Below, in pieces: positions 1 to 15,800 of a DNA stretch of 64,000 nt. The notes beneath the pieces were generated by a model. The model did no database searches, had not been told where the DNA came from, and saw nothing but the letters and a program-made list of their open reading frames with translations. The stretch is from positions 10,974,001 to 11,038,000 of the forward strand of contig OZ210885.1 in assembly GCA_964658305.1 (NCBI GenBank), in the 5' to 3' direction. The stretch comes from Leptogorgia sarmentosa (Eukaryota). The stretch's first letter is position 1. Every line of letters starts with the position of its first letter. The translations under genes and the position numbers were made by a program.

Positions 1-427
1 TAACGGTTTTGATCTGCACATCCTCCTAAAAATTTTTATCTTCAGTGCCAAGTTCACTTTGCAGTATTGTCATTAGTAACGAAAATTTACAACAGTCAGT
101 GAACCAGTAATACAGGTTGCAAAGTGGATCAACTGGATTTTTTGATGTTTTGTAATAATAAGGCGAATCATGTAAATTAAAAAATATTGTTTGCTTTTTA
201 GGAATTAGGAGTTTTACCAAGACTACCTTAAGTCTATGTGTCTTTTTGCAGATATTGCATTATTCTTGGCTCGTTATAGCCAATAATTATTCTTATTGTG
301 ACTAAGCCATTTCGTATTTACGAAAACCTGATAGCACAACTCCTTCTATACTACTCAACGGCGATTTTGAGATTTCAAAAATTGTCCGCCTCTAGTACAG
401 ATTTCCTAACACTTCGATCAATTTCAG

Positions 428-850
428 GGCCTGAACTCCACGGAAAGAAAAGCTATCGTGTCCATGACTTGCTTTTGGATTTTGCCCAGACAAAACTTCA
501 AGACATGGGTACACTAAATGATGTTCAGGATAAGTTCGTAAAGACACTTTGTGGCCTGTGCGTGGATGGTGAATGGAATGATAATTCAACTACCTGCCAA
601 AAAGACTATTATTTCAAGTACCTACCCTATCACATTTATTCTTCGGGACGACATGGTGAACTACTCCAGTTGCTGTTTGATGTACACTGGCTCAAACAAA
701 AAGCGAAACACGTCAGCGTATTCTCTGTAATATCAGATTTTCGTTTTGTGGACACAGAATCGGAGGAAATCCAACTTCTCAAATCCTCGTTAATGTTCTC
801 TGCCGATGTCATCAACGAAAACCCAGATTCAATCTGTCCTCAACTCCTAG
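428..850 (+). CDS. APAF-1-like exon: winged-helix (HD motif) and helical domain 2
   Basis: ORF 298..873 [10 protein letters not shown]...QLLG; acceptor tttcag at 427 (alternative at 400), donor G|GTAATT at 851. Confidence 0.85.
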
Positions 851-3800
851 GTAATTCAAATAATGAACTTTAATTTATCTCATTCTTCTATGATTTGTTT
901 AAGTTGCCTCACTATTTAGTGCAAAGTTTCGAAGAAATTTTGCATTATTTTGATGAGTGGGGAAAATTCACATCAGTAATTCATTCATAGTGTAAACTCG
1001 GGGGGGGGGGGGGGGCATGGGGGTGCTTCCCAATATCTTGCCATGTACAAACTCCATAATTGACTGATATCCTTACAAATATTATGCAATTGCATGTAGT
1101 TATAAATCGTTGATCATCATGGTTTGCAGTTACTGTAATGAATAGAAAAGTAAGCTAGGTGAGTAATGTCACTAATGTGACGTAAGAAGCCCACAAGTTA
1201 GAGTACACAATGCCGGAAAGCCCCTCCGGAATTTCAATTTTTGCAAAAATTGCAAACTCAGCGTTCATTCGGGGCATTAAAATTTCTACACAACATGGCG
1301 AACGCTTAGAGTGGGGCCGTCAATCAGTGAAGTGGTTAACGATGTTTGACTACCACAAGGCCACAAAATGTAAACGCTGTAATTACAGCAAATGTAATCG
1401 TCACATTACGTGCGTCTACGCATGACGTAGTACCTCGTATAGCACGTGTAAAGCATGCTTTGGGTAATTCAATGTGATTGGCTCACTAAATATGGAAGTA
1501 CACTCAGTTGAGTAAGATGCCAAAGATCATTATAAACAGCCAGAACACGTGCACAACACGCTGCGTGTATTGAAAATAATTAGCTGGATGATCGATCGTA
1601 TCAATGTGGCTGTCGCACAACGTCATATGAATTCGTGCCAACACACAAGGAGTTGTTCGTATACGATCGAAGAAAATGAAGTGCAAAACTTGCGACATTT
1701 CTGAAAACCTCTTGACTCGTCAGAGGGCTGACTTTAAAAGTAAAAGACGAGGAGATAACCAACGTGTTGTCGCCACTCGCTTCCCTTGCCAGCCAGCCTC
1801 ATGTAATCGAGAAACTATGCTAACTTATCTGAAATGATGAAAAATTTATATATGAAACAATTACGCTTATGAGACGCTTACTTGTATGAATCAAAGTGCA
1901 GATGACCTTGGGAATGTGTCAAGAGTATTCAAAAGCAACATCCGATGCTAGTTTACAGCTAAGTAACAATGATTATAATACGAATATAAAAGGTGAACTT
2001 TTATCTACAAAAGTAGGTCATGATGTATAAAACATTTGGGACATGCTAGAAAACGTGATCGTGAACCATCTAGACATTCCCATGAAAAAGTTGGTTTATT
2101 TAATGAGCACAATAAAGACAAAAGGCGTAGAATGAAAAGCTTCATTTCATTCAAAAATCATCATGTTGGTACAATTTTTTCTCTACCGTAAATATGTGAT
2201 TCAAAAACCTGCAAATACAAACATGTGGCAATTTCTGAAGCCTACACAAAGTTTCATACAAAGAATGATTGTCTCAAAAGGAGTTTGACAATTACTAACA
2301 CGCATACTATCAGAACAAGAAAACACAAATGTTTTCAATTAAACAATGCTAAAATTGTTCGTGCAAATAAATGTAATGTACAAAGAATTTTACATGTGAT
2401 AATCTGTTTCTTATTTGTGTGCGTGGTGATATTGAGTTAAATCCGGGTCCCGTGAACGTTACTCGTATGTCAGTGTTGACGACAAGATGAGCTCGCAAAG
2501 GGCGTAAGCAAGTAAATATTGTCGGTGATGCTAACTACTTCTTTCGTAGTGTTAGCCAGCAACTTTACGGAACTGAAGATCGTCATCTCCAAATAAGAGC
2601 TCTCGCAATGCAAAATTTAATAAACTGTCCAGAACATTTCATTGAACATAACACTGAGCCGTCATGGTTGCATTGTTTACGAGGTATGTCGACACTTGGT
2701 ATATGGGCAGACAATATTATTATACAAGCAGTTGCTAATACAAATAAGTTACGAATAATTCATCACGGAAAGTGGACTGAATTTTTCCGAGTCAACAATT
2801 GTGAACTATTTATACTGAGTTTGATGGAGGAAATGCGAGAGATATTTATATAGGCCATCTTGATGAGCTGCATTACGTGTCAACCACGTCTACCACACAA
2901 TCTTTTTCTGTACAAACAAATCAAATGACAGATTCTGAAAGCGAATCAAACTCGCGAGATTCTCAAACTAAATCCGAAAATTTATCAAAATAAAACGGAT
3001 TTGCCTTATTAAAAATATTAGACGAGAGGAAAAAATATATAAAAGAGCGAAGAAAAGATGATAAATTTAAAAACAAATAACTTGAAAGAAAAAGTCTTAT
3101 AATAAAAACTATAAAAATTTGAACACTTAAAAAATTAAGGAATCTTGGCAAAAAGCTTCTGCAACATACAAAGAATGAAATCCCGAGAAGGTTAAACAGT
3201 CCTCCAAGAAAGCCACTGCAAAGTATATTCATAATAATCCTGAAAAACCTGAAGAATGTACAAACCGAGCTACTGCATTTTTCAGAAATTTAAATCCTGA
3301 GAAGGTTTTGGATTCATCTAAAAACTAAAATAGAAATTATAATAAAAACTGTCCGGTATAAAGAGTTCAAAATATTCTAAAAAGGGGGTTATATTGAAAG
3401 GAAACGGTCTTGTACGGAAACAAACGAGATTAAAATGTAACTTCCAAGACAATTCATTTGAAACTTTAAAATTAATGTAACTCCTTCTGATACGAGGTTG
3501 TCAACAAACATATCAACAGCCATTGAATTATTTCATTAGAACGTTAGTGTTGGACTAGAATACATTTGTACATGTTCTGACCAGTATATAATACCAGCAT
3601 CAGACCAATATAATGTTTCTTTGTATAAGTCGTGTTCAAAAGAATTTCTCAATTTATGTATTACTTTTCTCAAAAGCATTGACAATACTGAAGTGATATG
3701 TAATACCTATCGAACCTAAAAGCTGTCAAATGTCCTACTTGTGATAAGGCGAATAAAATAAGTCACCAAGAAAACCCTGCTGTCTTAAAGGATTTGACAC

Positions 3801-6800
3801 CTCTCGAAGAAAGACTAATCTCAACAAGAATACCTTTTATGCAAGTACGCGAACTTCCCAATTAAGTTCGAGGAGGCCAATTAAGTAATCATGGGAATGT
3901 AGGTAATGCACCTGATGATGTTAATTCTACTATAAGCGTTTTACAAAGACCAATTGATGAATCGCAAACAATTTCAAATTTTCAATTAAATTAAAACGAT
4001 CCCTTGGTAACCATTATCAATTTCAGAATGCTATTAGTAAAGCTTCAGAAGCAGCTCAATACTTAGATCGTACTAGTGAAATATTTGAAAACGAAGGAAT
4101 ACAAATGGACAGTTATGTATTAAATCAAGTGGATAATAATGAAGAGAAGTGGTCAGAATTTATTTCCACGGATGGAATAGAGACTTGAGAAAATCTGAAC
4201 GCTCACAGTCAAGAAGTAGTTGAGACAAATGCAAATAATGACTTCATTGACAATGATACAGATAGTGAGTGGTGTGCAGTGACTGAACGGTCATCAGGTC
4301 TTATGGATACATTATTACAAGAAACCGACATTACCCAAGATGGTGACAGAATAATAAGTTTTGCACCAGGAGAAGGAATTAGACCACGTGGTATATTTGC
4401 AGACAAAGATTCTGAATTTCTTTTTTTTCCACCATTAATTGTGGAAAACGTCAAGCTGAAAGCATCATAGCACAATGTGTAAATGGGAACTGCGAAGCAA
4501 AGATAGAAGAGTCGCGCAGTCTGTGCCGAACATTTTTTACAAACTAAAAAAAATACAGATCAGGCAAATTCAAGGAAGTGCAAGTTTATCATTGCGTAAA
4601 TGTAAAATTAAAGTTAAAATTTAAAATCGGAGTTAATAATTTTGGATGAAGGATTACGAAATTTACGCGGATCACCTGCATACTTTGAAAGGTGTAAAAA
4701 AGATCTATTTGCCATGATTCGTCAGCTTGGTAGTCCTATACGTGGTTGTGTTCATTGTTAGCAGTGGATTCATTTGACTAAAATTCTTGGTCGTCTTATA
4801 GACAATAAAGATTCTACTAACGACGAAATTAAACAAATGACATGGCTGAAGAAATCTGAACTGATACAGAAAGATCCAGTCATATATGCAATAAATTTTC
4901 GACATAGGTACAATTATTCATTCACAACTTTATTTAAAGCTCAAGTCATCCAGTTGGTGAAGTTGTTGACTTCTTCTATTCTATCGCGTTGAATTTCGGC
5001 AAAGAGGTTCTCCACATATCCACGGCTTATTCCTGATTATGGCTTAATGTTCCTGAGTATGGTAAAGATAGTGATGAAGATATTGCCGAGTTTGTCGATA
5101 GTTATGTTTCATGTAAAGCTGACTCAGATGATTTAACTGATCTCGTAAATTTACAAAGGCATAACAACTCTAAAACGTGTAAGAAGAGTGGTCAGGTTGT
5201 TTGCAGATTTAATTTTCCGTTACCACCAATGCCAGAAACCGTGATTTTAGAGCCTTCATCTGAGACTAATCTTGACGAAAATGTCGCAGCTATATTAAAG
5301 AAAGCTTTAGAATTAACGAATACCTGCGTTATATAGACTCCATCAAGACAGATGAAACCATGACATTAATTTTGTTTAATTTTCTCAAAAGCTAAGTCTA
5401 TCAGAACAGCAGTATAGCTATAAAAGCTATGAGGCTACCTGTTATGCAGTATTTCATCTGTACTTCATCTATGAACTGTCAGCCACTGATGATCAGTTAA
5501 GAGAACTATAGCACGATCGTAAATATGTCTGTGATCTCAACTTCCCAAAAAATGACTATATACAATGAAAACTTCCAAGATTTTTTGAAGACACGACCAA
5601 AGAAGGATTATTCTTCCCATAGCTGAAGTCGATATTTATGGAATTTATGCATAACCGCACATGTTGCATATCCTTCCCGTCGTAAAGAACACTGCTAACT
5701 TAATCAAGAACACATGCATACTATACTCTGTTAATCGTTGGTTCTGACGTCAATAATTGTAACTAGCAACTAAGCATGACAACTGCTGGTATATTGCAGA
5801 ATTCAGCCTTGTCAGTGTAACATATGCGGAAATAAATCATTTCATAAATACTCGTTCCGTTATCATAAAATAAATTACTTATCTTTTTACTGTCACAATA
5901 TAAGACAGAATACAACATCATTTTCAACAATTGCAAATCTTTCAAAAACGTTTTTTTCAGTGTCTCATTTTCAAACTTTGATATTACTTTATGTCCTTTT
6001 TATATGAAAGTCACTGAAGGGGAACGTCCGGAACGAAAATTTTGTTAAAACAATGAAAAACTTCCTTTACAAATTAGAAATGGACTCATATGATTAATTT
6101 TAAGAACCTATTGTGTTAATAATCAAGAAACAGATATATATATATATAGTATAATCAGATAGACCCGTTAGTTGTTCAATCTTAATTTTTTCCGGTCAAA
6201 AAATTGTCTTAATCTTTATATATGCTATTTTAAATGTTATGATTTTGTTACGTACGTTAATAATGTTGTGTATTTTTGTTTTCCAGGCAGACTGCTATCT
6301 TATGAAGAGTTTCCGGGGATAAAGACGCTATTAGAGCAACTCCGTGCAACATGCACGGAGACTTGCCGTCTTGTACCGGAATTCTCATGTTTAGATCTTG
6401 GAGGCCCAGAGATCTTTCGAAAAACGTTTGATTCAGAAGTATGCTCATTAGCGACGTGCAACACCTCATCCGCTACTCTTGTAATTTGTGGTTTAAAGAA
6501 TGGTTTAATCACAATCTTTGATCTTGACACAGGTAGGTGACCGTGTGGTAACGTACTATGGATAAAACTAATGGCAAGGTTTGGGGTTTTCAATAGTTTT
6601 TTTTCTTTTGACCGATCGTCTGTCCGGAAAAGGGATAAAACACAGATTGAATGCCGCCTCTGCTTGTAATTGTAATTATATGTGCAACCATATCCTCACT
6701 CACATTTGTAAGAATCATCAGTTCTGAGTTATGCAAGTTGAGCGGCTGCGCGATATACGTGTATAAAAAAACTGAGCAAATTTTCAAATCGCTCTCAATT

Positions 6801-9800
6801 TCGCAAAGCCACTCGGTTGACGTTATTCATCAACAAAACTTTGCAGTGCAAAATCACCCCTTGTCAAGAAACGTTGTACTAGCCTTCAGCTTCAATTCTT
6901 TTTGTTAGCGCTGATAATGAACTAAATAGATAAAAAGTTCAGTAAAGTACATGTTTAACTTTCGTGCTGTCATTTGTACAGTAGTTGATTACATCGGAAA
7001 TTTACGGCGCTATAATCTCATGGACCTCACTGGCCACTGGCCTCAGGGCTCGTCCCATTATGCTTCGCATCACTCTAGGCAATGTGGCTATCCTTTGCTT
7101 CAGTTATATATCGGTTGTTCTCAGATTACTTACGTGCTTCTCTTTTCGGAATCGGCAAATAATTGATCCGCTCGCCAACGATAACTCGCGGTATTTCGTG
7201 CGACGTCGTCCAATAATTGATAGTAGGGACCTTAAGATGTAAAACGCCACAATCTCGACGACGCGGGGTCTAAATTTCAGCTTGAAAATGAGTGCTGACC
7301 TTTTTATGCTTTAAATAGATGTTGGAATTTTTTCAAGAAACAGCTACACAGGTTTAGCTAAAGCAATGCGATCGTTGCTGTGTTGTCAACTTGAATTTAC
7401 AGCTCTCACGTTGTAATCAGCCTTCACGTTGCTTTGAAGACGTTATAATGCTTGGCTTAACGTTGCGTTGATAACAAAAAAGCCGTTGATACCACAATTT
7501 ATGCTTGGTTTTTGTTCAACATAAAAATTTGTTTGTTCGGAAAGCTCGTCGTCGAGTTGGTCACGTAGTAGATCTTAAGGTCCCTAATCCTCTGCTACAA
7601 AATTGCTATGACACCATTTTTGAACATATCCAGAATGCAGTTGTCTTTCTATTAGGAATGACAGAAATGTCTGGTGATAGTTACAGTTTGATAAAATAAA
7701 AATAAACCACTGTATACACGCGTCATATTTCGCGCAAATAAGTAAGTATTATTAATATCACGCCATCCAAATCTCATTTCGTTACACGGATAATTATCCA
7801 AATTTTTTAGACCTGCAGCCACTGCCCCGATTTTTGAGAAAAGTTTCAGTTTTGGAAGCAGACAAATTCAATTATAGCGTATATATTATGATTATATTAT
7901 AAACATATTCACACATGCCTTTTTAGCTAGGCAAAAGCTTTGATCTTGGTTATTCATTGAAATGAGAATATAGTTAATATGCAGTTGATATGGGTGAGGG
8001 AGCAAAGGTTTACACTCAAAGTAATTGATAATTCATTAGAAAATTAGCCAATCATGTACTGTAGTCGTCGTCATATGATGATGTTTGAAATTTGGATTAG
8101 ATACTTGAAGAGACATGTTCATCCATATAGTAAAATATTCAGTCATTTCTTGAACGGGATCAATGTTTACTGGGTAAAAAATAAAAAAAATCTCACAAAT
8201 GGCTGGAGGGAATGCTTTTGTCTGCAACATATTAATAAAAGTATAAAAATCAATTCGGACAGAGTGACATATTATTTCTTCTAAACAATAAAACATACAA
8301 TTATTAAGAAATCGTGTGCATAAATGATATCTGCCAATTTTAAAATGTGAAAGTTCAGTAATTACAAATACAAGTAAGACAACATTCCTGTACAATCATT
8401 GGTATTCGCTGTATAGAATATTTCCTGTTTATTATAGCTTCATGCATGCTTTCCAATTATCTACTTTCTGTTCTACCACCAACATCAGCCACTAAATTTT
8501 AAACACTAGTAAATATATTATAAGTTTCAGTAAATTGTTCGGCATTGACCGTTACTCTACCACTTTAGTTATCGAGGCAACAGGGGCCGGTAGCGAGTCT
8601 TACCCAAGCGTTCAAGTTGGCTCGATACCTATATCTATGGACTTGCACAACAAAAATGAGGGCATACTTTTATGAAATCCCAAGAAGTAACGATTGAAAA
8701 CACACGCCTGTAAAACACGCCACAGTAAATTCCGCAAAATTACAGTTATTTTGTTTTTAGTATCAAAGATCGTTTAAGTATTTGTCTATCGCTTACATTG
8801 CTGTTTAAGTTGATATAGGGACGTAATAGTATAAATGGAAGTTAGCGGTGTAACAGAGTGTAGTTGAGGGGTTAGTTAATGTAGTTACTAGTCTCAATCA
8901 TTTATTTTATCCCCGCAATGTTTTGAAAAATACTCCCAATGTAGTAACGATATGAGTGAAAATTACCTATTACACCCTTTTAAGTACGTGCTATCTTATT
9001 TTATAAACAGGTAGAGAAGTTCAACAACTACAGGGACATTCTCGCCACGTTAGTTGTTTTGCTGTGTCACAAAGTGGAACAATACTAGCGTCAGGGTCGT
9101 GGGACGGCAGTACAATCCTTTGGAGAATGGACAGTTATGAACAGCTTTTTGTGTTCGAAGGGGAGAGGGCAGTTAATGCTCTGGATTTCAGTGCAGATGA
9201 TCAGCGAGTGTTTATTGGAATAGGCGATGGTAAGCATCTTAAACACAAGTCAAACAAGGATACCAAAATGTTGTTCAGAATAGGTAAACGAAAATTTGCG
9301 TAAACGTTTTCTCGACTTCCGTTCTGCTTAAAAGTTAGTATTAAAGTGCGCGAGTTTCGATAAGAAATAAGATTTTGCTGACGTGTACGGATTTAACGGT
9401 TCTGGAGGAACGCCAGCAACGATGCCATTGGAGAAAAAATTAAATCCTTTTTATACTATGTTTGTCAAATAACTGCGCAAATGATCATACTTTCGGAAAT
9501 ATGTTACCCCGCCGGTACCAAATTCAATTTTGGAATACTTTTATTAAATTAAAATAATTATTTTTCTTCAAATAAAAATACTTGAAAGTTCGTTCACAAA
9601 ATGTTTGTTTTACGTTGCAAATTCAGCGGCGTAAATGTCCAGTGTCGGTCCTCGGTTGAACTGTTGTGGATGGCCTCTTAATTATTCCTCTTAGCTTCAC
9701 ATTTTTACTTTGCTAACTCTACGAAATATTCTCCTGAATTCTGCATATGATATGCATTTTAATTCCGCTCTTTCTTATCGAACATATAACATATTATAGC

Positions 9801-12800
9801 TATTTAACATCTCTTCTGCTTCAATTATACCCAAAAGGCAAAAACGTTCCGTAAAAAGAAGCACACTGAAATAAGTTCTTATAAAGCAGAAACAATGACA
9901 ACAGTAAAAGTTTGACTGTAATATACAACAATTAATATACTGTCAACATCCAAGCACAATTTAAAAGGCGACAAAATTGTTTCAGCTACTGAATGATATC
10001 AAACATTTTGTTAACTTCGAACTTTTTTGCATCTTCAGTTTCAATAAAAATTATTTGAATTTCACATTAGCCAGGGCCCTGAAGAAACCTCTTCCCAGGG
10101 CCCCCGGCCAGGTTGGGCCCCTAGTAGTTACCCCACTGTGTACATCGCTATTTACTAAAAAAATTGGCTTCACATTTTTAAACAAGAACGTTTATGAAGC
10201 GGATTGATGCATATCGTTTCAGTTCTTGGGTTTCACGTAACGTTCCATATTTGAGTGGGAGTACACTCTAAATAGCGACGCAGTCATCACAGTGGGTTAA
10301 ATATTCACTGTATGTATTCAACTTGCGCTTCGTAGCGAATATGTGAAATTCAGAAGGATTTCGTCAGATTCGTGCAGCATAATCGTTAATACATTTTAGA
10401 AAAATGTATTACTTACGAAAAGTACTCTTTCTCTCCAACACCATATTAATTTAGGTCGAATTCGCCCTATGACTGTAATTGCCTGGGGTGGGGGGGGGGG
10501 GGGGAGGACGAAATTCCTGGGACACCTGTCGTGTTTTTTATGTCGTGTGCGAATAAACCAGAAGTGAGTTTATCCAAGACTGAAAAACATACGAATAACG
10601 CACCCTACGTAATCAAAGGCATGTTTTCCACATGTTTCAGACTATTGCGCAACCTGATTTATCCTGTTTTAGTAAATGCCGTGCGCGTGCGGAAATTTTT
10701 GACAATTGCAAAAAAGCTTGTAGAAATGTTATTATATGTGCAAATAACACGAACATAACACAGGTTTCATGAATATGCTGCTTCAGGGAGAAATAAGGAG
10801 ATGCATTTCAACATATTGGACTCTGTTTTTCTCAGATAGATGCTAATGCCTTACGTTTCCGACGATCATGCAATCTTAATTTTTTTTTGTTGTGTTTTAA
10901 CTAACATGCGACCCACCGTTCGAATGATCATTTTATTAGGATTTCAATGGTGTTTGTCTTTATTTCGTGCGGTATATACTCAATGAAAAAAAAAAGCATT
11001 AAAAATTTGTATTTCAATTTTCGGAAACTGGTTAGAGAGAAAGAGAGCTCGTTCTTAATCCGTCGTACATTTCAACCATTTTATCTGAATTCGTACCTGT
11101 AACCTGTTGTACATACATAATAGACTACATTTGAAAACAAAGTATATTTTCATTATTTTGAAGCGAAGCCCAACTGCCATACATGGCCCTTGCTTTACGG
11201 ATGTAACTTTCACGATCTGTAACCAAGTTTTACCAACAGTACCACTGGTATGGATGCCCTGTACAATGCATACAATTTGACAACAATGTAGCTATGGTAG
11301 AGGGTGGGTTTATAAAATTTAGAAACGGCATCGTATCGTGTGATTGGACCATGTTCACTAATTCTTTTTGTGTTTGATGCCAGGAACAGCAGTTTTACAA
11401 CGTAGCTGTAGTAAAATGATTTCCTGGGAAAACCAGATACGTCTGTTTTAGTAGCACCTCTCAACCTTCGCCAAAAGTACAAATTGTTCATATTCAAACA
11501 ATAATTGCAACAGCTGGTTTGAGGATTCCAGCGACTGCGTATCTACAAACCAGCGGTTAACAGTAAACGTCGTGTAGAGCGCAGTGAAACGCAGTGTAAA
11601 AACATAAGCCAGCAACAGCCAGAGCATGTTCAGCGCCGGAGAGGGACACAATTAAAAACAAGATTTCACAAAATCGTCTAGAGTTAGACATTATTGAAAC
11701 ATCAGTCTGACGAGTATCCATCATGCGTTGTAGGGCTGAAAGTGTATTGTGTTTCTACCGGAGAAAACCTCTCAACAAGTATTCCTGAGGAAGTCGAGTC
11801 GCTGTGTACGACCAAAGATGGACAGTTCATTGCTACTGTTGGATCATATGACAAGACTATCAAGTTGTGGAAAGCCGATACACTAAATTTTGAGGCCAGT
11901 TTGGTTGGCCATACAGATTGGGTGGGATGTGTTGTCGCAACAGGTATGCAATACTGTATGAGTTAATATTTCATAACATTTTGAAGATCTTACTTCAATA
12001 GAGTCTCTTCAGAATTATATTTGTGTTATTTCTTTCGGATAAAACATATTCTTTATTATAAACTTCCTTAATGGTTCAATAAAGCAAGGATTGGAGGGGA
12101 ATATCATGTTTTGGAAAAAATTTTCCCAATTGTTGCACAAAAATACTTGCTTGCAATAACATTCTAATATTGTAATGAAAAATTATGCCTAGAAAGAAAG
12201 CAATGTCTTTCCTTAAATGTTAGTATGGTGGTAACCAGTGCTTTCATGTACAAGCACTATTTTAGGACTTTCTGATTTATTTCAAATTTTTAGGCTGGTT
12301 GTATTTGTATATGCTAAGAGTATTTTAAAATGGCTATTAGATTTATCTATGATAGCTTTCTAAAAATACTTTGAGACAATTTGCTTGTGTGTGTATTTCA
12401 ACTGATTACCCTGTGTCTCAGACCTTAATGTATAAATTGTAATAATGTACTAGTAGATTCAAAAGACTTGGCATTTATTTGGCATGAAGTGACGGATGAA
12501 AGCCAACGTGAATGTTTTTTATTAAGTAATATTGTTTTAGATATACTGTCCATTGCCAAGGTATATAGCCAGGTGTCGTTTGACTTATCTTGTCCATCTT
12601 CACCTCAGACCCTTTTATTCCAACAGACAAAAATGATGTAGTTTGACCTGCTTTATAATTGTTGTGACAAACATTGTGCTGTACTGTTAGAACTTGGTAG
12701 GTTAATTGCTTGAATAAATGTGATAATAATTTAATTTAATCAGTCAATTTTCACAGCTACTCAGTGACATGAAAGAGCAGTTAGGCAACAGTTAAAAGCA

Positions 12801-15800
12801 GTTAAACACAGTTATGTTCCCAATCATAAATATGAATACATGTGCAAACCAATAATCATGAAATGCAGCAATGAAAATTTCCCATTGCGGTACGTGCTAC
12901 AGTGTACGTATTGTTCAGAACTGTTACACTCTGGTTTGAGTAATTGCACCGACGCAGAGTTCTTACGAACTTTCATTAGACTTTTCCTTAACTTTACTAT
13001 TGATATAGGTTGAAATAGCAATTATAAATATGGGTACTCTAATCTTTCCTCAGGAAAAAACGTTTAAGACTTTTCAGAAGTTAAACTTTGTTTTAACACT
13101 TATATTATCATAAAATTAGGAAATAACTTCAACAAACCTTTAGAACTTTGCGGGCCAAATTAAACGTTGATTACGACTGCGTATTTCCTATTTATTTTTA
13201 ATAAACGAGAAAGAAGTTTATTTTGTATAAAATCCAATTAAACACGTATTGCGAAATTAACTATTCGAGCAGCTTCAAGAAAGACTACCGTATTTCCTGT
13301 ATTTAGCCCCTTGGGGGATATTTATGTTTTCCTGCTTTCAGGTGAGCGGTTATCTGAAGAGGGGACTAAGCAGATGGTGGGGGCTTAGTAAATTTTCACT
13401 CAAATTTGGTACCGTAAATATACTAATTAATTCACACAACACATCCAGAATATCAATTAACCTCATTACGCGTTCATATTTAAAAAAGAAGCAACGAATG
13501 TTTTTTTTTCATAAATGTTTTACTTGATTCTCAGCCGAATTGAACCAAAATGTTATCATCTCTTCCTTGTGCAATGGCAAACAATTGTGCAAGATGTTCG
13601 ATATTTCTCAAGTTATCGTGTTCACAGACCAACACACACACACGCACACCAAGATGATTACATAACCTCCTTGCGGAGGTAATGAGCTTTAACATAATAT
13701 GCAAAACTAACTAGAAGAATGATGTTACTTTGCACTATTTATTCGTGATCATGACTGTTGTACGCGCCAGACGGTTCGGCCATATTTTGAGTATTTCAAG
13801 TTTATCCTGACACATTGGAATTTCTTTTTTGCGTAAATTTCTCTTCAATATCCTCATGGCTAGAAATATGCGACATGCAGTATTACGCAATGGGCGTTCG
13901 GACTTCCAAAATGCTCGGAAATTTATAGTATGCAGCAACGCAAAATAGTATATTTTCTTACATGCGAAGTATAAACATGGTAAATCGACTTGTAGCGAAT
14001 CGAAAAAACAAAATATTGTGATATTTAGAAGCCGATAAACCTTGTCCCCGAGCGATTCAAACGTATTCATGGATTGTAGCGTATTAGCCGCCATTAATCA
14101 TCAATTCTTATATACTTCACTGAAAGAGAGCGGTGTTTTAGGATACATGAAATACAAATTCCAACATGCGAAGCTTGATTTGTCAAGATGGGGTTTCGGC
14201 GGCTTCAACTAATATAAAACCTATAAAAGGTTACGTATCTTTCCCTTGTCCAGCTTTACGTTTATGTTCGGCAAAGTGCTTCGCTTTGCTTGAAATATCC
14301 ATAACTATGGAACATAAACGTAAAGCTGGACAAGGGAAAGATACGTAACCTTTTATAGGTTTTATATTAGTTGAAGCCGCCGAAACCCCATCTTGACAAA
14401 TCAAGCTTCGCATGTTGGAATTTGTATTTCATGTATCCTAAAACACCGCTCTCTTTCAGTGAAGTATATAAGAATTGATGATTAATGGCGGCTAATACGC
14501 TACAATCCATGGATACGTTTGAATCGCTCGGGGACAAGGTTTATCGGCTTCTAAATATCACAATATTTTGCTTTTTCGATTCGCTACAAGTCGATTTACC
14601 ATGTTTATACTTCGCATGTAAGAAAATATACTATTTTGCGTTGCTGTATACTATAAATTTACGAGCATTTTGAAAGTCCGAATGCCCATTGCGTAATACT
14701 GCATGTCGCATATTTCTAGCCATGTAACGGTTTTAACAAAATCAACTTTCTGTATAGGGACGACTGCAAAATCCATTGCCTGGACTTGCAGAGTGCATTG
14801 TATGAAAATCTCTCCTGTCAACGATCGAGTTATTGAATATGTTAAATATGTATTTATTTGCACGAGGAGGGAATCGTTACAATGGTGCCTATGGTATTCC
14901 TACTGTCCGTTACGATCTTCCGTCTTCTTCTTCTTCTTAGCGTTGTTGTTTATTGTCGGTTTCTTCGTCGAGTTTGTCCTGTTTGAGTTTCGGTAGCCTT
15001 TTCATTTGCTACGCTTTTACTTCGGTCTACGTCCACTGACTCAAGTTGGGATGGGGAGTTCCTTTTATACTGACGGTCGAGGGGATCTCTGGGCACGTGA
15101 ACAGCGAGGTGGCACGATACTGAATCCACCAATCAGCGTTCATGTGCTGTACTATGAACCCTCGTTCCAGTTCTCCAATTCTGTTTGTTTAAGGTGTTGT
15201 CGCACTTCTCAAGTCAGTTTTACGCTCATTCTACCGATACTTAGACAGGTTAAGACTAACCTACTTTATTACTTACTAATAGCAAAATAGTTGAGGTGCA
15301 ACCTCTAGGCTTAGCTTCATAAGTTAACTTAATTTAGAAGGGAATTTAACGAACTGAGATTTTGATGACGTATTATTGTAATTACTCAATCGCGCGAATT
15401 ATCTTGAGGCGTGATTGATGGCAACCCAAAGCATACGCACAAGTTTCTATTTTCGCAATGTACACAGCCTGTTCAAACACCTCTGGCTTTTTTCCTCACA
15501 TTCCGGTCAAACTTTGACAGTATCCAAGATTGCTTATCTTCTTTATCCGCCTAATTGGAACCGTAGTTGACATTCTGCGTAGGTTCGAAACTTTATTATT
15601 TACTTTATCTGGATTTTGAAGCAAGAATGTCGCTTATCAGCTCCTCTTCGTGCGTAATGTTTATAGTTTACCTGCGAGACTTATCTTTAATGTTTACACA
15701 ATATTATGCACCTGGGTAAGAAATATATTTAGGATATCATGTACTTTGCTTTCCCTTGTTTTTTTGTGCCAGTTCGACTAAAGTGCAAAGTTTCTCTTTT

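Noticed and set aside
979..1004. Poly-G tracts (also 10486-10505, 33977-34005) as functional G-quadruplexes
   Set aside because: Typical subterminal tracts of MITEs or homopolymers; no independent support
14723..14890. Possible solo LTR (TGTAACG...CGTTACA followed by tggtgcc)
   Set aside because: No TSD or second copy seen, and its start overlaps the fold-back terminus
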